64,000 bases of DNA from Trueperaceae bacterium (GTDB taxonomy: Bacteria > Deinococcota > Deinococci > Deinococcales > Trueperaceae), in contig JAXHNB010000005.1 of the NCBI GenBank assembly GCA_034520945.1, positions 192,001-256,000 on the forward strand. The letters run 5' to 3'. Below are positions 45,645 through 58,054 of this stretch, piece by piece. The position numbers and the translations under genes were made by a program. Each line of letters begins with the position of its first letter. Within the stretch, counting starts at the first letter, position 1. The notes under the pieces were generated by a model. It was not told the DNA's origin. It was given only the letters and a program-made list of their open reading frames with translations, and made no database searches.

Positions 45645-46964
45645 ATGATCGCCCGCTACGCCACGCCCGAAATGCGCGCCTTGTGGTCCAGTGAAACGCG
45701 CTACCGCACCTGGCTCGAGGTGGAAACCGCGGCCACCGAAGCGTGGGATGCGCTGGGCGCGCTCCCTGGAGGCAGCGGCGCCCGCCTGCGCGCCGCCGTC
45801 GAGGCGGATCCGCCGGACGACGCGTTCGCGGCGCGCGTCGCCGAGCTCGAAGCACGCACCCGGCACGACGTGGTCGCCTTCACCCGCGCCGTGCACGAGC
45901 GTTACGGCGAGGCGGCGCACCACGTGCACCGCGGCCTGACGTCGACCGACGTGGTCGACACCGCCCAGAACCTGCTCTTGGTGCGGGCGTGCGACCTGAT
46001 CCTGGCCGACCTCGCCGCGCTTCGCGAGCGACTCCGGACGCTTGCCAGCCGCACTCGGGACGCCCTCTGCATCGGCCGGACCCACGGCGTGCACGCCGAA
46101 CCCACCACCTTCGGCCTCAAACTGCTGAACTTCGACGCCGCCGCGGCCCGCGACGCCCGAAGGCTCCGCACCGCCCGCGAGACGATCGGCGTGGCGATGC
46201 TGTCCGGCTCGGTCGGGACCTACGCCCACGCCCCCCCCGAGGTCGAGGAACGGGTCGCCCGGCAGCTCGGGCTGGCCGTCGACCCCATCACCAACCAGAC
46301 CGTGGCCCGCGACCGGCACGCCGAACTGCTGGCCGCCCTGGCGTTGGTGGGGACCACCCTCGAGCGCATCTCCCTGGAGATCCGGCACCTGCAGCGCACC
46401 GAGGTGCGCGAGGTGCACGAAGGGTTCGCGAAGGGGCAGACGGGGTCGTCCTCCATGCCGCACAAGAAGAACCCGATCGCGTCGGAGAACCTCACCGGCG
46501 TGGCGCGGCTGTTGCGCGCCCAGCTCGGCCCCGCCCTGGAGGACGTGGCGTTGTGGCACGAGCGCGACGTCAGCCACAGCTCCGTGGAGCGCGTGGTGCT
46601 CCCGGACGCCACCACCCTGGCCTCGTACGGGCTGCGCCGCCTGGGGGCGGTGCTGGACGACCTGGGCATCGACGAGGCGCGCATGGCCTCGAACGTCGAT
46701 GCGCTGCAGGGCCTAATCTACTCCCAACGCGTACTGCACGCCCTGGTCGACGCGGGCATGTCCCGCGAGGCGGCCTACGAGATGGTCCAACGGCACGCCC
46801 TGCGCTGCTGGGACGGCGAAGGGTCGTTCCGGAGCCTGTTGGCCAGCGATCCGCAGCTGCCCCTGGACGACGCCACCCTCGACGCCGCCTTCGATCCCAC
46901 CTGGTACCTGCGGCACGTCGACGCCGTCTTCGCCCGCTGCGGCCTGCCGCGCACCGAGGCGTGA
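45645..46964 (+). CDS. purB: Adenylosuccinate lyase
   Basis: [34 protein letters not shown]. Confidence 0.96.
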   Translation: MIARYATPEMRALWSSETRYRTWLEVETAATEAWDALGALPGGSGARLRAAVEADPPDDAFAARVAELEARTRHDVVAFTRAVHERYGEAAHHVHRGLTSTDVVDTAQNLLLVRACDLILADLAALRERLRTLASRTRDALCIGRTHGVHAEPTTFGLKLLNFDAAAARDARRLRTARETIGVAMLSGSVGTYAHAPPEVEERVARQLGLAVDPITNQTVARDRHAELLAALALVGTTLERISLEIRHLQRTEVREVHEGFAKGQTGSSSMPHKKNPIASENLTGVARLLRAQLGPALEDVALWHERDVSHSSVERVVLPDATTLASYGLRRLGAVLDDLGIDEARMASNVDALQGLIYSQRVLHALVDAGMSREAAYEMVQRHALRCWDGEGSFRSLLASDPQLPLDDATLDAAFDPTWYLRHVDAVFARCGLPRTEA

Positions 46965-47881
46965 CCCCCCCGCCCGTGAACGACGGCGCCACCGCCCCGT
47001 GGACCGACCCGCACGGCACGTTCACGGCCGACGACGGCGTGCGCCTGCACGCGGCCCGCGCCGTGCCGCCGGGTGCGCCACGCGCGCAGCTGGTGATCAC
47101 GCACGGCTTCGCCGAGCACGGCGGCCGGTACGGTGCGCTGGCGGCCGCCTGCGTGCAGCGCGGGTTCGCGGTGCACGCCCTGGACCTGCGGGGGCACGGC
47201 CGCAGTCCGGGCCGCCGGGCGCTGGTGCGGCGCGCCGAGCGGCTGGTGCGCGACGTGGACGGGCTGCTGGCGTGGGCCGCGCAGCAGGGCGCGCCCGTGC
47301 TCGCGTTCGGGCACAGCTTCGGGGCGGCGATCACCGCCCGGGTGGTGCAGCAGCGACCGGACGCGGCGGCCGCCGTGGCGTTGTCGGCGCCGTACCTGCG
47401 GACCGCCCTGCCCGAGCCGGGGTGGGTGTTGACGCTGGCGAACGTCGCCTCCCGCATCGCACCCGCGCTTCGCACCCGGCCGATCGACGCAGGCGTGGTG
47501 TCGTCCCTGCCCGCGGAGGTGCGCCGCTACCGCGAGGATCCCCGGGTGGACACCGGCGGCGTACGCCTGGCCAGCGCCCGGGAGCTGCACGCCCTCGGCG
47601 CCCGCGTTCTGCGCGACGCCCACCTCCTGAGCACGCCGACGTTGATCGTGCACGGCGACGACGATCGCCTGGCCCACCCAGGAGGGAGTCGGGCGTTGGC
47701 ACGCGACGCGGGCGAGGCCGTGACGCTCCACCGGGTCGCAGGCGGATGGCACGACCTGCTGCACGACCGGGACGCCGCGGAGACCCGCGCCGTGGTGACC
47801 GACTGGTTCGAGGCGCGCCTGCAGGCGGCCGCCGAGCCCGACGCCTCCGCCGGGCCGGCTAGGTGGGGTCCAAGCGAGTGA
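46961..47881 (+). CDS. Alpha/beta hydrolase, lysophospholipase-like
   Basis: HGFAEHGGRY, DLRGHGRS, GHSFG, HGDDD, WHDL. Confidence 0.9.
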   Translation: MTPPPVNDGATAPWTDPHGTFTADDGVRLHAARAVPPGAPRAQLVITHGFAEHGGRYGALAAACVQRGFAVHALDLRGHGRSPGRRALVRRAERLVRDVDGLLAWAAQQGAPVLAFGHSFGAAITARVVQQRPDAAAAVALSAPYLRTALPEPGWVLTLANVASRIAPALRTRPIDAGVVSSLPAEVRRYREDPRVDTGGVRLASARELHALGARVLRDAHLLSTPTLIVHGDDDRLAHPGGSRALARDAGEAVTLHRVAGGWHDLLHDRDAAETRAVVTDWFEARLQAAAEPDASAGPARWGPSE

Positions 47882-49007
47882 TCACGAACTTGAGGTAGCG
47901 CCCCTCCGGGAACGCCGGACGCACCGGATGATCCAACGGCTGCCCGCCACGGTGATGGATCTCGCCCGTGCGACCCGCCGCCGCCAGGCCGTCCTGGAGG
48001 GCCGCCTCGAACGCGTCTGGCGACACTTGCGCCGTGCAGGAGGCGCTGGCCAACCACCCGTTCGGGGCGACCAGCCGCGCGGCCCCCTCGTTGAGCGACC
48101 GGTACGCCGCCAACGCCCGCCCGCGCTGCCGTTTGCTCCGCGCCATCGACGGCGGGTCCAGGATCACCAGGTCGAAGGTGCGGCCCTCGCGGGCCAGGCG
48201 TGGAAGCAACGCGAACACGTCCCCCTGAAGCGTGTGGTGGGCCGTGGCCGGCAGTCCGTTCAGGGCCACGTTCCGTTCGGCGTCCCGCAGGGCGGGGGCG
48301 GCCTGATCGACGCTCCAGGCCTCCCGCGCGCCGCCCGCCAGGGCGTGCACGCTGAAGGCGCCGGTGTACGCGAACAGGTTCAACACCCGCAGTTCGCTCG
48401 ACATGTCTCGCACCGCCGCGCGGTGCTCGCGGTGATCCAGGAACAACGCCGTCTTCTGCCCCTCCCGCAGGTTGGCCAGGAAGCGCAGCCCGTTCTCCCG
48501 GACCGTCTCCTCGGGCGGCGGCGGTTCGCCCACCAGCGGCGTCACCCCGTCCCGAGCGCGGCGCACCACCCCCTTGAGCCCCACTTCGCGGGCCAGGATG
48601 CGGGCCACGCGCGGCAGGTGGGCGTCCAGCGCCGCGGTGTGCGGCTGAATGGCGGCGAAGCGGCCGTAGCGGTCCGCCACCAGGCCCGGCAGGCCGTCGC
48701 CTTCGCCGTGCAGCAACCGGTAGGCGTCGTGTCCCGCCGCGACCAACGGCGCGCGGCGCTTCACGGCACGGCGGATCGCGCGCGACCACCAGGCGTCGTC
48801 CGGCACCCCCCGCTGTGAGAACAGGCGGACGCCGATCGCGCCGCTGGCGTCGTACAGCCCGAACGCGACCGCCCGTCCCGCCTCGACGCGCACCCAGTCG
48901 CCGGTCTCCAGCTCGTGCCGCGGCAGGTGGTCGCGGTAGATCCAGGGATGCCCCGACGACACCGCGGCCTCGAGCCGATCGGGAAGCGACAGCGTGGGGA
49001 GGCTCAC
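47859..49007 (-). CDS. RlmI/RlmK-like SAM-dependent rRNA methyltransferase
   Basis: GHPWIY, HGEGDGLPG, GQKTALFLDHR, LNLFAYTG, LDPPS, SASC. Confidence 0.9.
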   Translation of the reverse strand: MSLPTLSLPDRLEAAVSSGHPWIYRDHLPRHELETGDWVRVEAGRAVAFGLYDASGAIGVRLFSQRGVPDDAWWSRAIRRAVKRRAPLVAAGHDAYRLLHGEGDGLPGLVADRYGRFAAIQPHTAALDAHLPRVARILAREVGLKGVVRRARDGVTPLVGEPPPPEETVRENGLRFLANLREGQKTALFLDHREHRAAVRDMSSELRVLNLFAYTGAFSVHALAGGAREAWSVDQAAPALRDAERNVALNGLPATAHHTLQGDVFALLPRLAREGRTFDLVILDPPSMARSKRQRGRALAAYRSLNEGAARLVAPNGWLASASCTAQVSPDAFEAALQDGLAAAGRTGEIHHRGGQPLDHPVRPAFPEGRYLKFVITRLDPT

Positions 49008-49786
49008 GTCGGGCGGACGGCGGGCGCGTCCGGCCGTGCCGCCAGCCCCGCCCACGCCACGGCGACGCCCAGCACCTCGTCCAACATCGCCTCGGTGAGG
49101 CGGCCGGTGTTGGTGTTCTGGAAGCTGACGTGATAGCTGTCGATCAGCACCGCCGCCTCGGGCGCAGACGCGTGGCGGTCCAGCCGGTGCACGGCGCCGT
49201 GGCCGAACGGGTGGCGGGCCTTGACGATCCGAGCGCCGCGTTCCCGGAGCAGGTCCAGGTAGGCGTCGTGCGCGATGCGGCCCAGGGCCAGCACGGCCTG
49301 CACGTGCGGCAGGCGTTCGAGGTCCAGCGTCAGCCAGCTTCGGCAGGCGACCAACTCGGCGCGGCGCGGGCGGTTGCCCGGCGGCACGCAGCGGGCGGCG
49401 GCCGTGATCCAGGTGCCCCGCAAGCCGAGCCCGTCCCCGCGGCGCACGGCGTCCGGGCGGTCGGCCAGGCCGGCCCGGTGCAGGGCGGGGAACAGCACGT
49501 CGCCCGAGGCGTCGCCGGTGAACATGCGGCCGGTGCGGTTGGAGCCGTGCGCGCCCGGCGCCAGCCCCAACAGCAGCAGCCGCGCCGCCGGGTCGCCGAA
49601 CCCCGGCACGGGCCGGCCCCAGTAGGACTGGTCGCGGTAGGCGGCGCGCTTGGTGCGCGCCACCTCCTCGCGGTGGGCGGCCAAGCGCGGGCAGCGACGG
49701 CAGGCCGCCAACTCGGCCGGGAACACCTCCGCGTCCCGGTACGCCCCGTGCCGGTCCGCGCCACGCGTCACGTCGTCATGGGTCAC
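49004..49786 (-). CDS. Uracil-DNA glycosylase family 5 (UdgB-like, 4Fe-4S)
   Basis: CRRCPRL, GLAPGAHGSNRTGRMFTGD, YHVSFQNT. Confidence 0.9.
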   Translation of the reverse strand: MTHDDVTRGADRHGAYRDAEVFPAELAACRRCPRLAAHREEVARTKRAAYRDQSYWGRPVPGFGDPAARLLLLGLAPGAHGSNRTGRMFTGDASGDVLFPALHRAGLADRPDAVRRGDGLGLRGTWITAAARCVPPGNRPRRAELVACRSWLTLDLERLPHVQAVLALGRIAHDAYLDLLRERGARIVKARHPFGHGAVHRLDRHASAPEAAVLIDSYHVSFQNTNTGRLTEAMLDEVLGVAVAWAGLAARPDAPAVRPT

Positions 49787-50961
49787 GTCGCGGCGGCCCC
49801 GCGACCGTCCGCCAGGGCGCGCGCCATCCGCGCGATCGCCTCGTCGAGCAGCGCCCGCGACGTCGCCACGTTCAGGCGTGCGAAGCCGCGCCCCTCCGCC
49901 CCGTAGCTCGGCCCGTCGTTCAGGCCCAGGCGCACCCGCTCCAGCAGCAGCCCCGCCGGGTCGTCCGCCAGCGGGGTGTCACGGAAGTCCAACCAGGCCA
50001 GGTAGGTGGCGTCCGGGCGGTGCATGCGCACGCCCGGCAGTTCGGTCCGGACCGCCTCGGCCAGGCGGTCCAGGTTGCCGCGCAGGTACGCCAGCGTGTC
50101 GTCCAGCCAGGGATCGCCGTCGCGGAACGCGGCCGCAGCGGCCAGCTGCGACACGTTCGGGGCCGACATCGCGAAGCCGAACGCCGCCTGCTCGAAGCGG
50201 TCCAGCACCGAGGGGTCCTCGCAGATCGCGAACGAGCCCTTGACCCCGGCCAGGTTGAACGCCTTGGTGGGCCCGTACAGCGTCACGGTCCGGCGGGCCA
50301 GCTCCGGTCCCAGCGAGGCGAACGGCACGTGGGTCGGGCCGTGGTTGAGGTCGGCGTGCAGTTCGTCGCTGACCACGAACAGGCGGTGCGCCAGCACCCG
50401 CTCCGCCAGCGCGTCCAATTCGCCGCGGTCGAACACCCGCCCGGTCGGGTTGTGCGGATGGCACAACATCAACAGGCGCGTGGCGGGCGTGATCGCTTCC
50501 TCCAACGCCTCGGGGTCCAGCCGGAAGCCCTCTTCGTGCTCTGCCAGCGACGCCGACTGGAACGTCCGGCCCTGACGTTCGACCGCCATGCGGAACGGCG
50601 GGTACACCGGCGTGAGCGAGACGACGCCGTCGCCACGGGACGCGAAGGCCTTCGCGGCCGTGAACAGGCCGGCCACGGTGCTGGGGATGATGCGGACCGC
50701 CTCCAGCGGCACCGACCAGCCGAACCGCGTCTCCAGCCGCTCGACCACCGCCTCGCGGACCCCCGGCAGGCCGCCAGGCGGCCCGTACCCGAACAGTTCG
50801 CCCTCGGCGTACGCGCGGATCGCCGCGCGCACGGGCTCGGCCACCGGGTAGTCCATGTCGGCGACCCACATCGGCAGGACGTCGTCTGCGAACCGCCGCC
50901 ACTTGTACAGGGGGCGTTCGCGCAGGTCGGATTCGTGAAGCGCGTCGAAGCGGTGCGGCAT
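49783..50961 (-). CDS. MalY/PatB family PLP enzyme (cystathionine beta-lyase-like)
   Basis: MWVADMDY, CHPHNPTG, SDELHAD, PTKAFN, YLAWLDF. Confidence 0.92.
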   Translation of the reverse strand: MPHRFDALHESDLRERPLYKWRRFADDVLPMWVADMDYPVAEPVRAAIRAYAEGELFGYGPPGGLPGVREAVVERLETRFGWSVPLEAVRIIPSTVAGLFTAAKAFASRGDGVVSLTPVYPPFRMAVERQGRTFQSASLAEHEEGFRLDPEALEEAITPATRLLMLCHPHNPTGRVFDRGELDALAERVLAHRLFVVSDELHADLNHGPTHVPFASLGPELARRTVTLYGPTKAFNLAGVKGSFAICEDPSVLDRFEQAAFGFAMSAPNVSQLAAAAAFRDGDPWLDDTLAYLRGNLDRLAEAVRTELPGVRMHRPDATYLAWLDFRDTPLADDPAGLLLERVRLGLNDGPSYGAEGRGFARLNVATSRALLDEAIARMARALADGRGAAAT

Positions 50962-51004
50962 GGCGGCGAGCATAGCAACCGTCCCTCGGCGGTAGGCTCC
51001 CGTC

Positions 51005-52021
51005 ATGGAGCTCCGCGTCGACGTGCCGCCCTGGGCGCGCTACGTCATCTCCGACCTGACCGCCATGGAGCATGCGCCGCACCCCGTCGACGCGGCGCGG
51101 GTGACGCGGTTCCGCCTCACGCTGCCGGACGCGGTGTACTTCGAGTACGCCTTCCTCGACGAGGCGGGCGACGTCCGGGCCGACCCCGCCAACCCAGGGC
51201 GCGCCGACAACCCCTGGTACGCCGAGCTCAGCGCCGCCAAGGGGCCGGACTACGCGCCGCACCCCTTGGCGGCGCCCGATCCCGAGCTCGCCCAGGGGCG
51301 GCTGCGGCGCCTCCGGCTGCCCACCGCGCACGGCGGGACCCGGCGGGCCACCCTGTACGAACCGCGCGGCGTCGACGGGCCCGCGCCGCTGCTGGTGGCG
51401 CACGACGGCACCGCCTACCTGCGGATCGCCCAGCTCCCCGCCGTGTACGAGGCGCTTCGGTCCCAGGGCCGCGTGCGGGCCGCGCGGATGGCCTTCCTCG
51501 ACCCGCACCGTCCCGAGCGTCGCCGGGCCGAGTACGGCTTCGGCGCGGACGCCGAGGCGTACCAGCAGGACTTGGAGGGCGCGTTCCTTCCGCGCCTGCG
51601 CGAGCTGGCGCACGCCGCGGGCGGCATCTACCTGCTGGGGGCGTCGCTGGGGGCGTTGGCGGCCGCGCGGTACGCCGTGGCCAGGCCGGACCGCGTGGCC
51701 GGCCTGGCGCTTCAGTCGGGCGCGTTCCTGGGCGCCCCGGAAGATCCGGACCCGCACGAGAGCGCGCGGTCGTGGTTCCGCGAGGCATTGGACCGCGACC
51801 CCGGGGCGCTGCCGTGGCGGGTCTACCAGGAGGTGGGCACGTTGGACTGGTTGGCCGAGGTCAACCGGGCGGTCGCGACGCGGCTGGCGGAGCGCGCCGA
51901 GGCGCACGCGTTCGAGACCCGCCCCGCTGGGCACAATTGGACCTTTTGGCGCGACGGTCTGGCCGAGGCGCTCGCGTTCCTGCTCCCCCCGGAGGATGTC
52001 CCGCCCGCAGAAGGACGCTGA
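51005..52021 (+). CDS. Esterase (Fes-like alpha/beta hydrolase)
   Basis: HDG, GASLG nucleophile elbow, GHNWTFW. Confidence 0.85.
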   Translation: MELRVDVPPWARYVISDLTAMEHAPHPVDAARVTRFRLTLPDAVYFEYAFLDEAGDVRADPANPGRADNPWYAELSAAKGPDYAPHPLAAPDPELAQGRLRRLRLPTAHGGTRRATLYEPRGVDGPAPLLVAHDGTAYLRIAQLPAVYEALRSQGRVRAARMAFLDPHRPERRRAEYGFGADAEAYQQDLEGAFLPRLRELAHAAGGIYLLGASLGALAAARYAVARPDRVAGLALQSGAFLGAPEDPDPHESARSWFREALDRDPGALPWRVYQEVGTLDWLAEVNRAVATRLAERAEAHAFETRPAGHNWTFWRDGLAEALAFLLPPEDVPPAEGR

Positions 52022-52076
52022 ATGTCCGGTGCGCCGCCGCCGCGGAGCCCGGGCCAGGGGGTAGCATGGCCTCACT

Positions 52077-53465
<1,389 letters not shown>

Positions 53466-53483
53466 CGCGGCCGGCCCGCCGCG

Positions 53484-54191
53484 TCACCGCTCGCGTTCGT
53501 CGATCACCTCGGCGTCCTCGGGAATGTAGGTGACCTCCTCGTACGTCAGGCCGACGTCGGTGCGGAGGTCTTCCGCCACCAGCTCGGCGAGGAGCGTGTC
53601 GGCCTCTCGGTACAGCCGCACACGGTAGGGGAGTCCCGTGCTCTCCGGCACCACCGCCTCCACCCACACGAGGGTGGCGTCCGCTTCGAGATTGTCCAGC
53701 CGGACCACGTCGGCTGGTCCGTGCGGCGTGTCGGTGCGGCCGGTGAGGGAGGCGTCGTAGCCGCTGAACAACTCGGCGAGGTCGAAGGTCACCTCCACCG
53801 GTTCCGCCTGGTCCGCATCGGCGCCCAGAATCCCGCCGAGCGCGTCCGGGTCGCCGGCGTCGAACAGCGTGACCTGGTGCGTGAGGAAGGTGTAGTTGTA
53901 CACCACGTCCCCGTCCAGAACGATGATGTTGTCGGCCAGGGCGTCGGGCTGGATCACGTACGCGCTGGCGGCGCGCTGGCCGGGCAGCAGCTGCATCTCG
54001 AGCTCGAGGGTGATCCGCGTCCCGTCCGGATCGATCAGGTGGCCGGTGAGGAGGAACGCCGCGTCCTGGAGGGACTCGGCCGTTTCGGCGACTCGGTCGA
54101 GGAGGGCGTCGGCCTCCTCGTCGGCGAAGGCCGTGGAGGGCACCGCCAGGAGCGCGAGGACCATCGAGGAGAGGAGCGCAAGACGTCGCAT
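53484..54191 (-). CDS. LolA-like outer-membrane lipoprotein carrier
   Basis: Signal peptide, QPDALADNIIV, YNYTFLTHQV; beta-rich. Confidence 0.7.
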   Translation of the reverse strand: MRRLALLSSMVLALLAVPSTAFADEEADALLDRVAETAESLQDAAFLLTGHLIDPDGTRITLELEMQLLPGQRAASAYVIQPDALADNIIVLDGDVVYNYTFLTHQVTLFDAGDPDALGGILGADADQAEPVEVTFDLAELFSGYDASLTGRTDTPHGPADVVRLDNLEADATLVWVEAVVPESTGLPYRVRLYREADTLLAELVAEDLRTDVGLTYEEVTYIPEDAEVIDERER

Positions 54192-54316
54192 GCCTGGGAG
54201 CGTACCCGGTGCGGTCCGCGGCGCGGGCTCAGGAGCGTGAAGGCACGTTCAGGCGAGCCACACCTGGAGGAGGGAGGGGGCCGTGATACCTTCGATGTCA
54301 CGAAAGGAGGTCGCGA

Positions 54317-55543
54317 ATGAAACGAATTCTTGCCTCTCTGACCTTCCTGATTCTGATGTCCCTGGCCGCCTCGGCCGCCGCCCAGGAGGTGCGCTTCGAC
54401 CAGCGCGCCATCGTGGTGAACCCGTCGCCGACGTTCGGCGTGACCACCTTCGTCGACAAGGACGGCGAGGTTCCCAACTACCGCATGGGCGAGCAGATCC
54501 GGATCGGCGTTCGCGTGGACCGCGACGCCTACGTCTACCTGTACAGCCTGCAACCCGACGACAGCGTCACCCAGATCCTGCCCAACCGCTTCGACGAGAA
54601 CAACTTCCTCGAGGCGGGCGAGACCCGCGTGTACCCGCCCTCGGGGGCGTCGTACACCTTCAACGTCGAGCCGCCCTCCGGCCTGTCCAAGGTCGTGGCG
54701 GTGGCCAGTACCCGCGAGCTGGACACCCGCCAGCTGGCGCGGTTCCAGTCCGGGCAGGCCTTCGCCACCAACGACCTGTCCCAGGACGGGTTCCAGCGGG
54801 CCTTCCGGATCGTGGTGCAGCCGGTCCCGCAGTCCAGCTGGGTGACCGCCACGGCGTACTACCAGGCCACGCGTGAGGGCAGCACGCCCGCCGCGGCCCG
54901 CCTGGCGATCGACTCCGACCCGCAGGGCGCCACGGTGTACCTGGATGGAAGCCGGCAGGGCACCACACCGCTCCGAATCGAATCGCGTCCGGGGCGCCGC
55001 ACCATCCGAATCGAGGCCGACGGCTACCGCACGTTCGAGTCCACGGTGCGGCTGTCGCCGGGCGACTCGCGACGGATCGACGCCCAGTTGGAGCGGGTGC
55101 GACGCACCGGCCAACTGCGCTTCGAAAGCACGCCGTCGGGCGCCGACGTGTTCGTGGACGGCAGCTACCAGGGCACCACCCCCATCGGGGCCACCACCTT
55201 CGACACCGGCAATGTCGAGGTCCGCTTCGAACGGGACGGCTACCAGGGCGTGACGCACCGCGTCACCGTCGAGCAGGGATCCACCCGCACCGTGCGCGCC
55301 GAACTGCGGCCGCTCCGCGGCACCCTGCGCGTGAGTGGCAACGTCGGGGGCGCCCAGGTGTTCCTCGACGGACGCTCCATGGGGACGCTGGCCTCTGGGA
55401 GCGGCCTCCTCGAGATGACCAACCTGGAGCCCGGCAGCTACCAGCTGACGGTGGTCGCGGCCGGCTACGACACCGTGGTGCGGATCGTCGAGATCGACCC
55501 CGGATCGACACGCAGCGTGAGCGTTCGGCAGAACCGGCGGTAA
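54317..55543 (+). CDS. DUF4384 + PEGA-repeat exported protein
   Basis: Signal peptide, YRMGEQIRI..YVYLY..ILPNRF, repeated SxPxGAxVyvDG..GTTP. Confidence 0.88.
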   Translation: MKRILASLTFLILMSLAASAAAQEVRFDQRAIVVNPSPTFGVTTFVDKDGEVPNYRMGEQIRIGVRVDRDAYVYLYSLQPDDSVTQILPNRFDENNFLEAGETRVYPPSGASYTFNVEPPSGLSKVVAVASTRELDTRQLARFQSGQAFATNDLSQDGFQRAFRIVVQPVPQSSWVTATAYYQATREGSTPAAARLAIDSDPQGATVYLDGSRQGTTPLRIESRPGRRTIRIEADGYRTFESTVRLSPGDSRRIDAQLERVRRTGQLRFESTPSGADVFVDGSYQGTTPIGATTFDTGNVEVRFERDGYQGVTHRVTVEQGSTRTVRAELRPLRGTLRVSGNVGGAQVFLDGRSMGTLASGSGLLEMTNLEPGSYQLTVVAAGYDTVVRIVEIDPGSTRSVSVRQNRR

Positions 55544-55572
55544 CGAAGCCGAGCCGATCGAACCCGCACGTA

Positions 55573-55602
55573 CGCGAGGGCCGTGGAGACACGGCCCTCG
55601 CG
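55573..55602 (+). terminator. 13-bp stem-loop with GAGA loop
   Basis: CGCGAGGGCCGTG-GAGA-CACGGCCCTCGCG. Confidence 0.65.
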
Positions 55603-55616
55603 GTATGCTCGGACGC

Positions 55617-56459
55617 ATGCCCGGCGCGCGCCCTTCCTTCGACCCGCCCCCCGGATCCCGTCCGGGCGACGGCCGTGACGCGCGCGTGACCGCGATCGTG
55701 CTGGCCGGAGGGGACGAGAACGACCTGCTGGCGCGGACCGTCGGCGCTCCCGCCAAGGCGCTGGTTCCGCTCAAAGGCCGGCCGCTGGGGGCCTACGTGC
55801 TGGACGCGTTGCGGGACGCGCGCTCGGTACGCCGGGTGGTGTGGGTGGGCGCGTGCGACGCCGCCATGGCCCGGTCGGTCGACGTGGCCGTGCCCGGCGG
55901 TCCGAGGTTCGTAGATTCGCTGACGCTGGGGGTCGGGGCGGCGCTGAGCGGCGGGACGCCGGGCGAGCGGCTGCTGCTGAGCAGCGCGGACGTTCCCTGG
56001 CTGCGGGGCGCCGCCGTCGACCGGTTCGTGGAGGCGGCGGGTCGGGACCACGACCTGGTGTATCCGGTCGTCTCCCGCGCGGCCTGCGAAGCGACCTTCC
56101 CGCAGGTGCGCCGCACCTGGATCCGCTTGGCCGACGGTGAGGTCACGGGCGGGAACCTCCTCTCGGGCACGCCTGAGGCCGTGATCCGCCTGTTGCCGTG
56201 GGTCGACGCCGTCACACGCGCGCGCAAGGCGCCGTTGCGTTTGGCCGCCATGGCCGGACCGGCGGTGTTGGTGGGCCTGCTCACCGGCCGCGTCACGCTG
56301 CGGGGCCTGGAGCGACGGCTGGGGCGCCGCCTCGGGTCGTCCCTTCGGGTGATGATGAGCGACGACCCGACCCTGGGCACCGACGTGGACCGGCCCGAGC
56401 ACCTGCCCGCCACCCTCGAACTGTCCGCACCTCTCGGGGAGGAGCTTTTAGACGTATGA
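55617..56459 (+). CDS. MobA-like NTP transferase domain protein
   Basis: AIVLAGG, KALVPL, SADVP, TDVDRP; TATGCT -10 seven nt before this ATG. Confidence 0.85.
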   Translation: MPGARPSFDPPPGSRPGDGRDARVTAIVLAGGDENDLLARTVGAPAKALVPLKGRPLGAYVLDALRDARSVRRVVWVGACDAAMARSVDVAVPGGPRFVDSLTLGVGAALSGGTPGERLLLSSADVPWLRGAAVDRFVEAAGRDHDLVYPVVSRAACEATFPQVRRTWIRLADGEVTGGNLLSGTPEAVIRLLPWVDAVTRARKAPLRLAAMAGPAVLVGLLTGRVTLRGLERRLGRRLGSSLRVMMSDDPTLGTDVDRPEHLPATLELSAPLGEELLDV

Positions 56460-57016
56460 GACGACCTTCGCACCTCCGCCTCGCCGCCCTGCTCGGCGCC
56501 TCCGCGTCCGTGGCGGTGGCGGCCCTCGTGGCCTGGGGCGTGCATCTGCTGTCGGGAGCGCGGGGCCGACTCGGCTTCGACGCCGTCAACGCGCAGGGGC
56601 TCCTGGAGGGGCTCGTGTTCGTGGTGGTGTTCGTCACGGCCCTTCGGTACGTGCGCAGCGCCGTGCGCCTGCCCAGCCCGACCCTGCTGTCGTTCGGGGT
56701 CGTGGCGCCGCCGACCGCCGCCCGCGTGGCCCATGACGTGCCGCAGGTCGACGCGGCCCAGGGGCTGCACACGTTGATCGACAATCGCATCGTCATCGTC
56801 GAGGAGAACGGGGTGCCCGTCGGTGTCGCCGGCGTGCGGCGCGAACGGATCACGTCCTGGGAGGACCTCGTCAAGGTCGACGGTCACGTCGCGGTGACCG
56901 ACCTGCGCCGCGTGCTGGCGCACGAGCCGCTGGTGATCGTGATGGAGGGGGGCGAGGTCGTCGGCGTGGTGACGCAGGAGATGTACCTGGCGGGCCTGTG
57001 GGGCGCGGTGCGCTGA
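56456..57016 (+). CDS. Membrane protein with degenerate CBS-like C-terminus
   Basis: Two TM helices; VIVMEGGEVVGVVT; ATGA coupling. Confidence 0.65.
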   Translation: MRRPSHLRLAALLGASASVAVAALVAWGVHLLSGARGRLGFDAVNAQGLLEGLVFVVVFVTALRYVRSAVRLPSPTLLSFGVVAPPTAARVAHDVPQVDAAQGLHTLIDNRIVIVEENGVPVGVAGVRRERITSWEDLVKVDGHVAVTDLRRVLAHEPLVIVMEGGEVVGVVTQEMYLAGLWGAVR

Positions 57017-57026
57017 GTGCGAGGGG

Positions 57027-57935
57027 CTACGGCGAGGAGGCCTGCCCGCGGGGGGGCGGGGCGACGTCGTCGGGCGGTGCGATCAGCGCGTGTTCCGGGT
57101 AGGCCACCAGCGTGAGCGCCCCGGGGCCGAGCCGGGCGCCGAGGAACGCGCCGATGCGTTGGACCCGCCCTTCGCCGATGCGCAGGGTGCCCGCTGTGAG
57201 GCGTGCCTTGGCCGCGTCGGCGGCGCCTGGATCCTCTGCGGCGATCCCGATCACGACGCGGACCGGCGTCTCGCCCAAGCGGCGTTCCAAGATGCGTACC
57301 ATGCGATCGATGCGCCGGGCGGACGGCACCGACGCCACGGACACGAGGTCCCCTTCACGCAGTTCCCACAGCGGCCGGCGTGCCGTCACGGTCGATGCGG
57401 CCGCCTGCAGCGTGCCCATGCGCCGTCCCTTGCGCAACCAGCGAAGATCGAAGGGCGCGAGCAGCATCACGGTGGCGTCGCGCACCCGCAGCGCCGCCGC
57501 CGAGACCTCGTCCGCACCGCGGCCGGCCGCGGCGGCGCGCGCCGCCGCTCGCACCTGCTCGGCCAGGGCCGAACCGGCCGCCAGGCCGTCCACGAATCGC
57601 ACGCGACCCGCCGCACCCGCCCGTTTGGCCCCCTCCTGTGCGTGGGTGAGCGTTTCCGAAAGCCTGCTCGAGACGTGCACCGATACCACGGACGCCCGCC
57701 GGTCCAGGGCGCGCTCGTAGGCGGCGGCGAAGTCGTCCGGGTCGGGCGGCCGCAGCCGCGGGACCTCGCCCGTCTCCCGCATGCGGCCGATGCAATCCAC
57801 CGCCGTCGATTCGCGGCCGTCGCGCAGCTCGTGCTCGCCGAAGCGGACCCCCAGGGGCACCGCCAGCACCTCCAGCGCCTCCAGGGTGCTGCTGGCGAGA
57901 TCGCAGCTCGAGTCGGTCACCACGGCCGTGTTCAC
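57027..57935 (-). CDS. DegV family fatty-acid-binding protein
   Basis: VVTDSSCDL, VHVSSRLSET, LGPGAL. Confidence 0.85.
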   Translation of the reverse strand: MNTAVVTDSSCDLASSTLEALEVLAVPLGVRFGEHELRDGRESTAVDCIGRMRETGEVPRLRPPDPDDFAAAYERALDRRASVVSVHVSSRLSETLTHAQEGAKRAGAAGRVRFVDGLAAGSALAEQVRAAARAAAAGRGADEVSAAALRVRDATVMLLAPFDLRWLRKGRRMGTLQAAASTVTARRPLWELREGDLVSVASVPSARRIDRMVRILERRLGETPVRVVIGIAAEDPGAADAAKARLTAGTLRIGEGRVQRIGAFLGARLGPGALTLVAYPEHALIAPPDDVAPPPRGQASSP

Positions 57936-58054
57936 GCCATCATGGTCGCGGCCACCGGCTCACGGGATTCTGACCCACTCGGTGGCGGAGGCGACCCGCC
58001 GCCGCGGCCCGGCTCCGTACACTGCCGCGTGACCCGATTGGATGTGACCGCAGC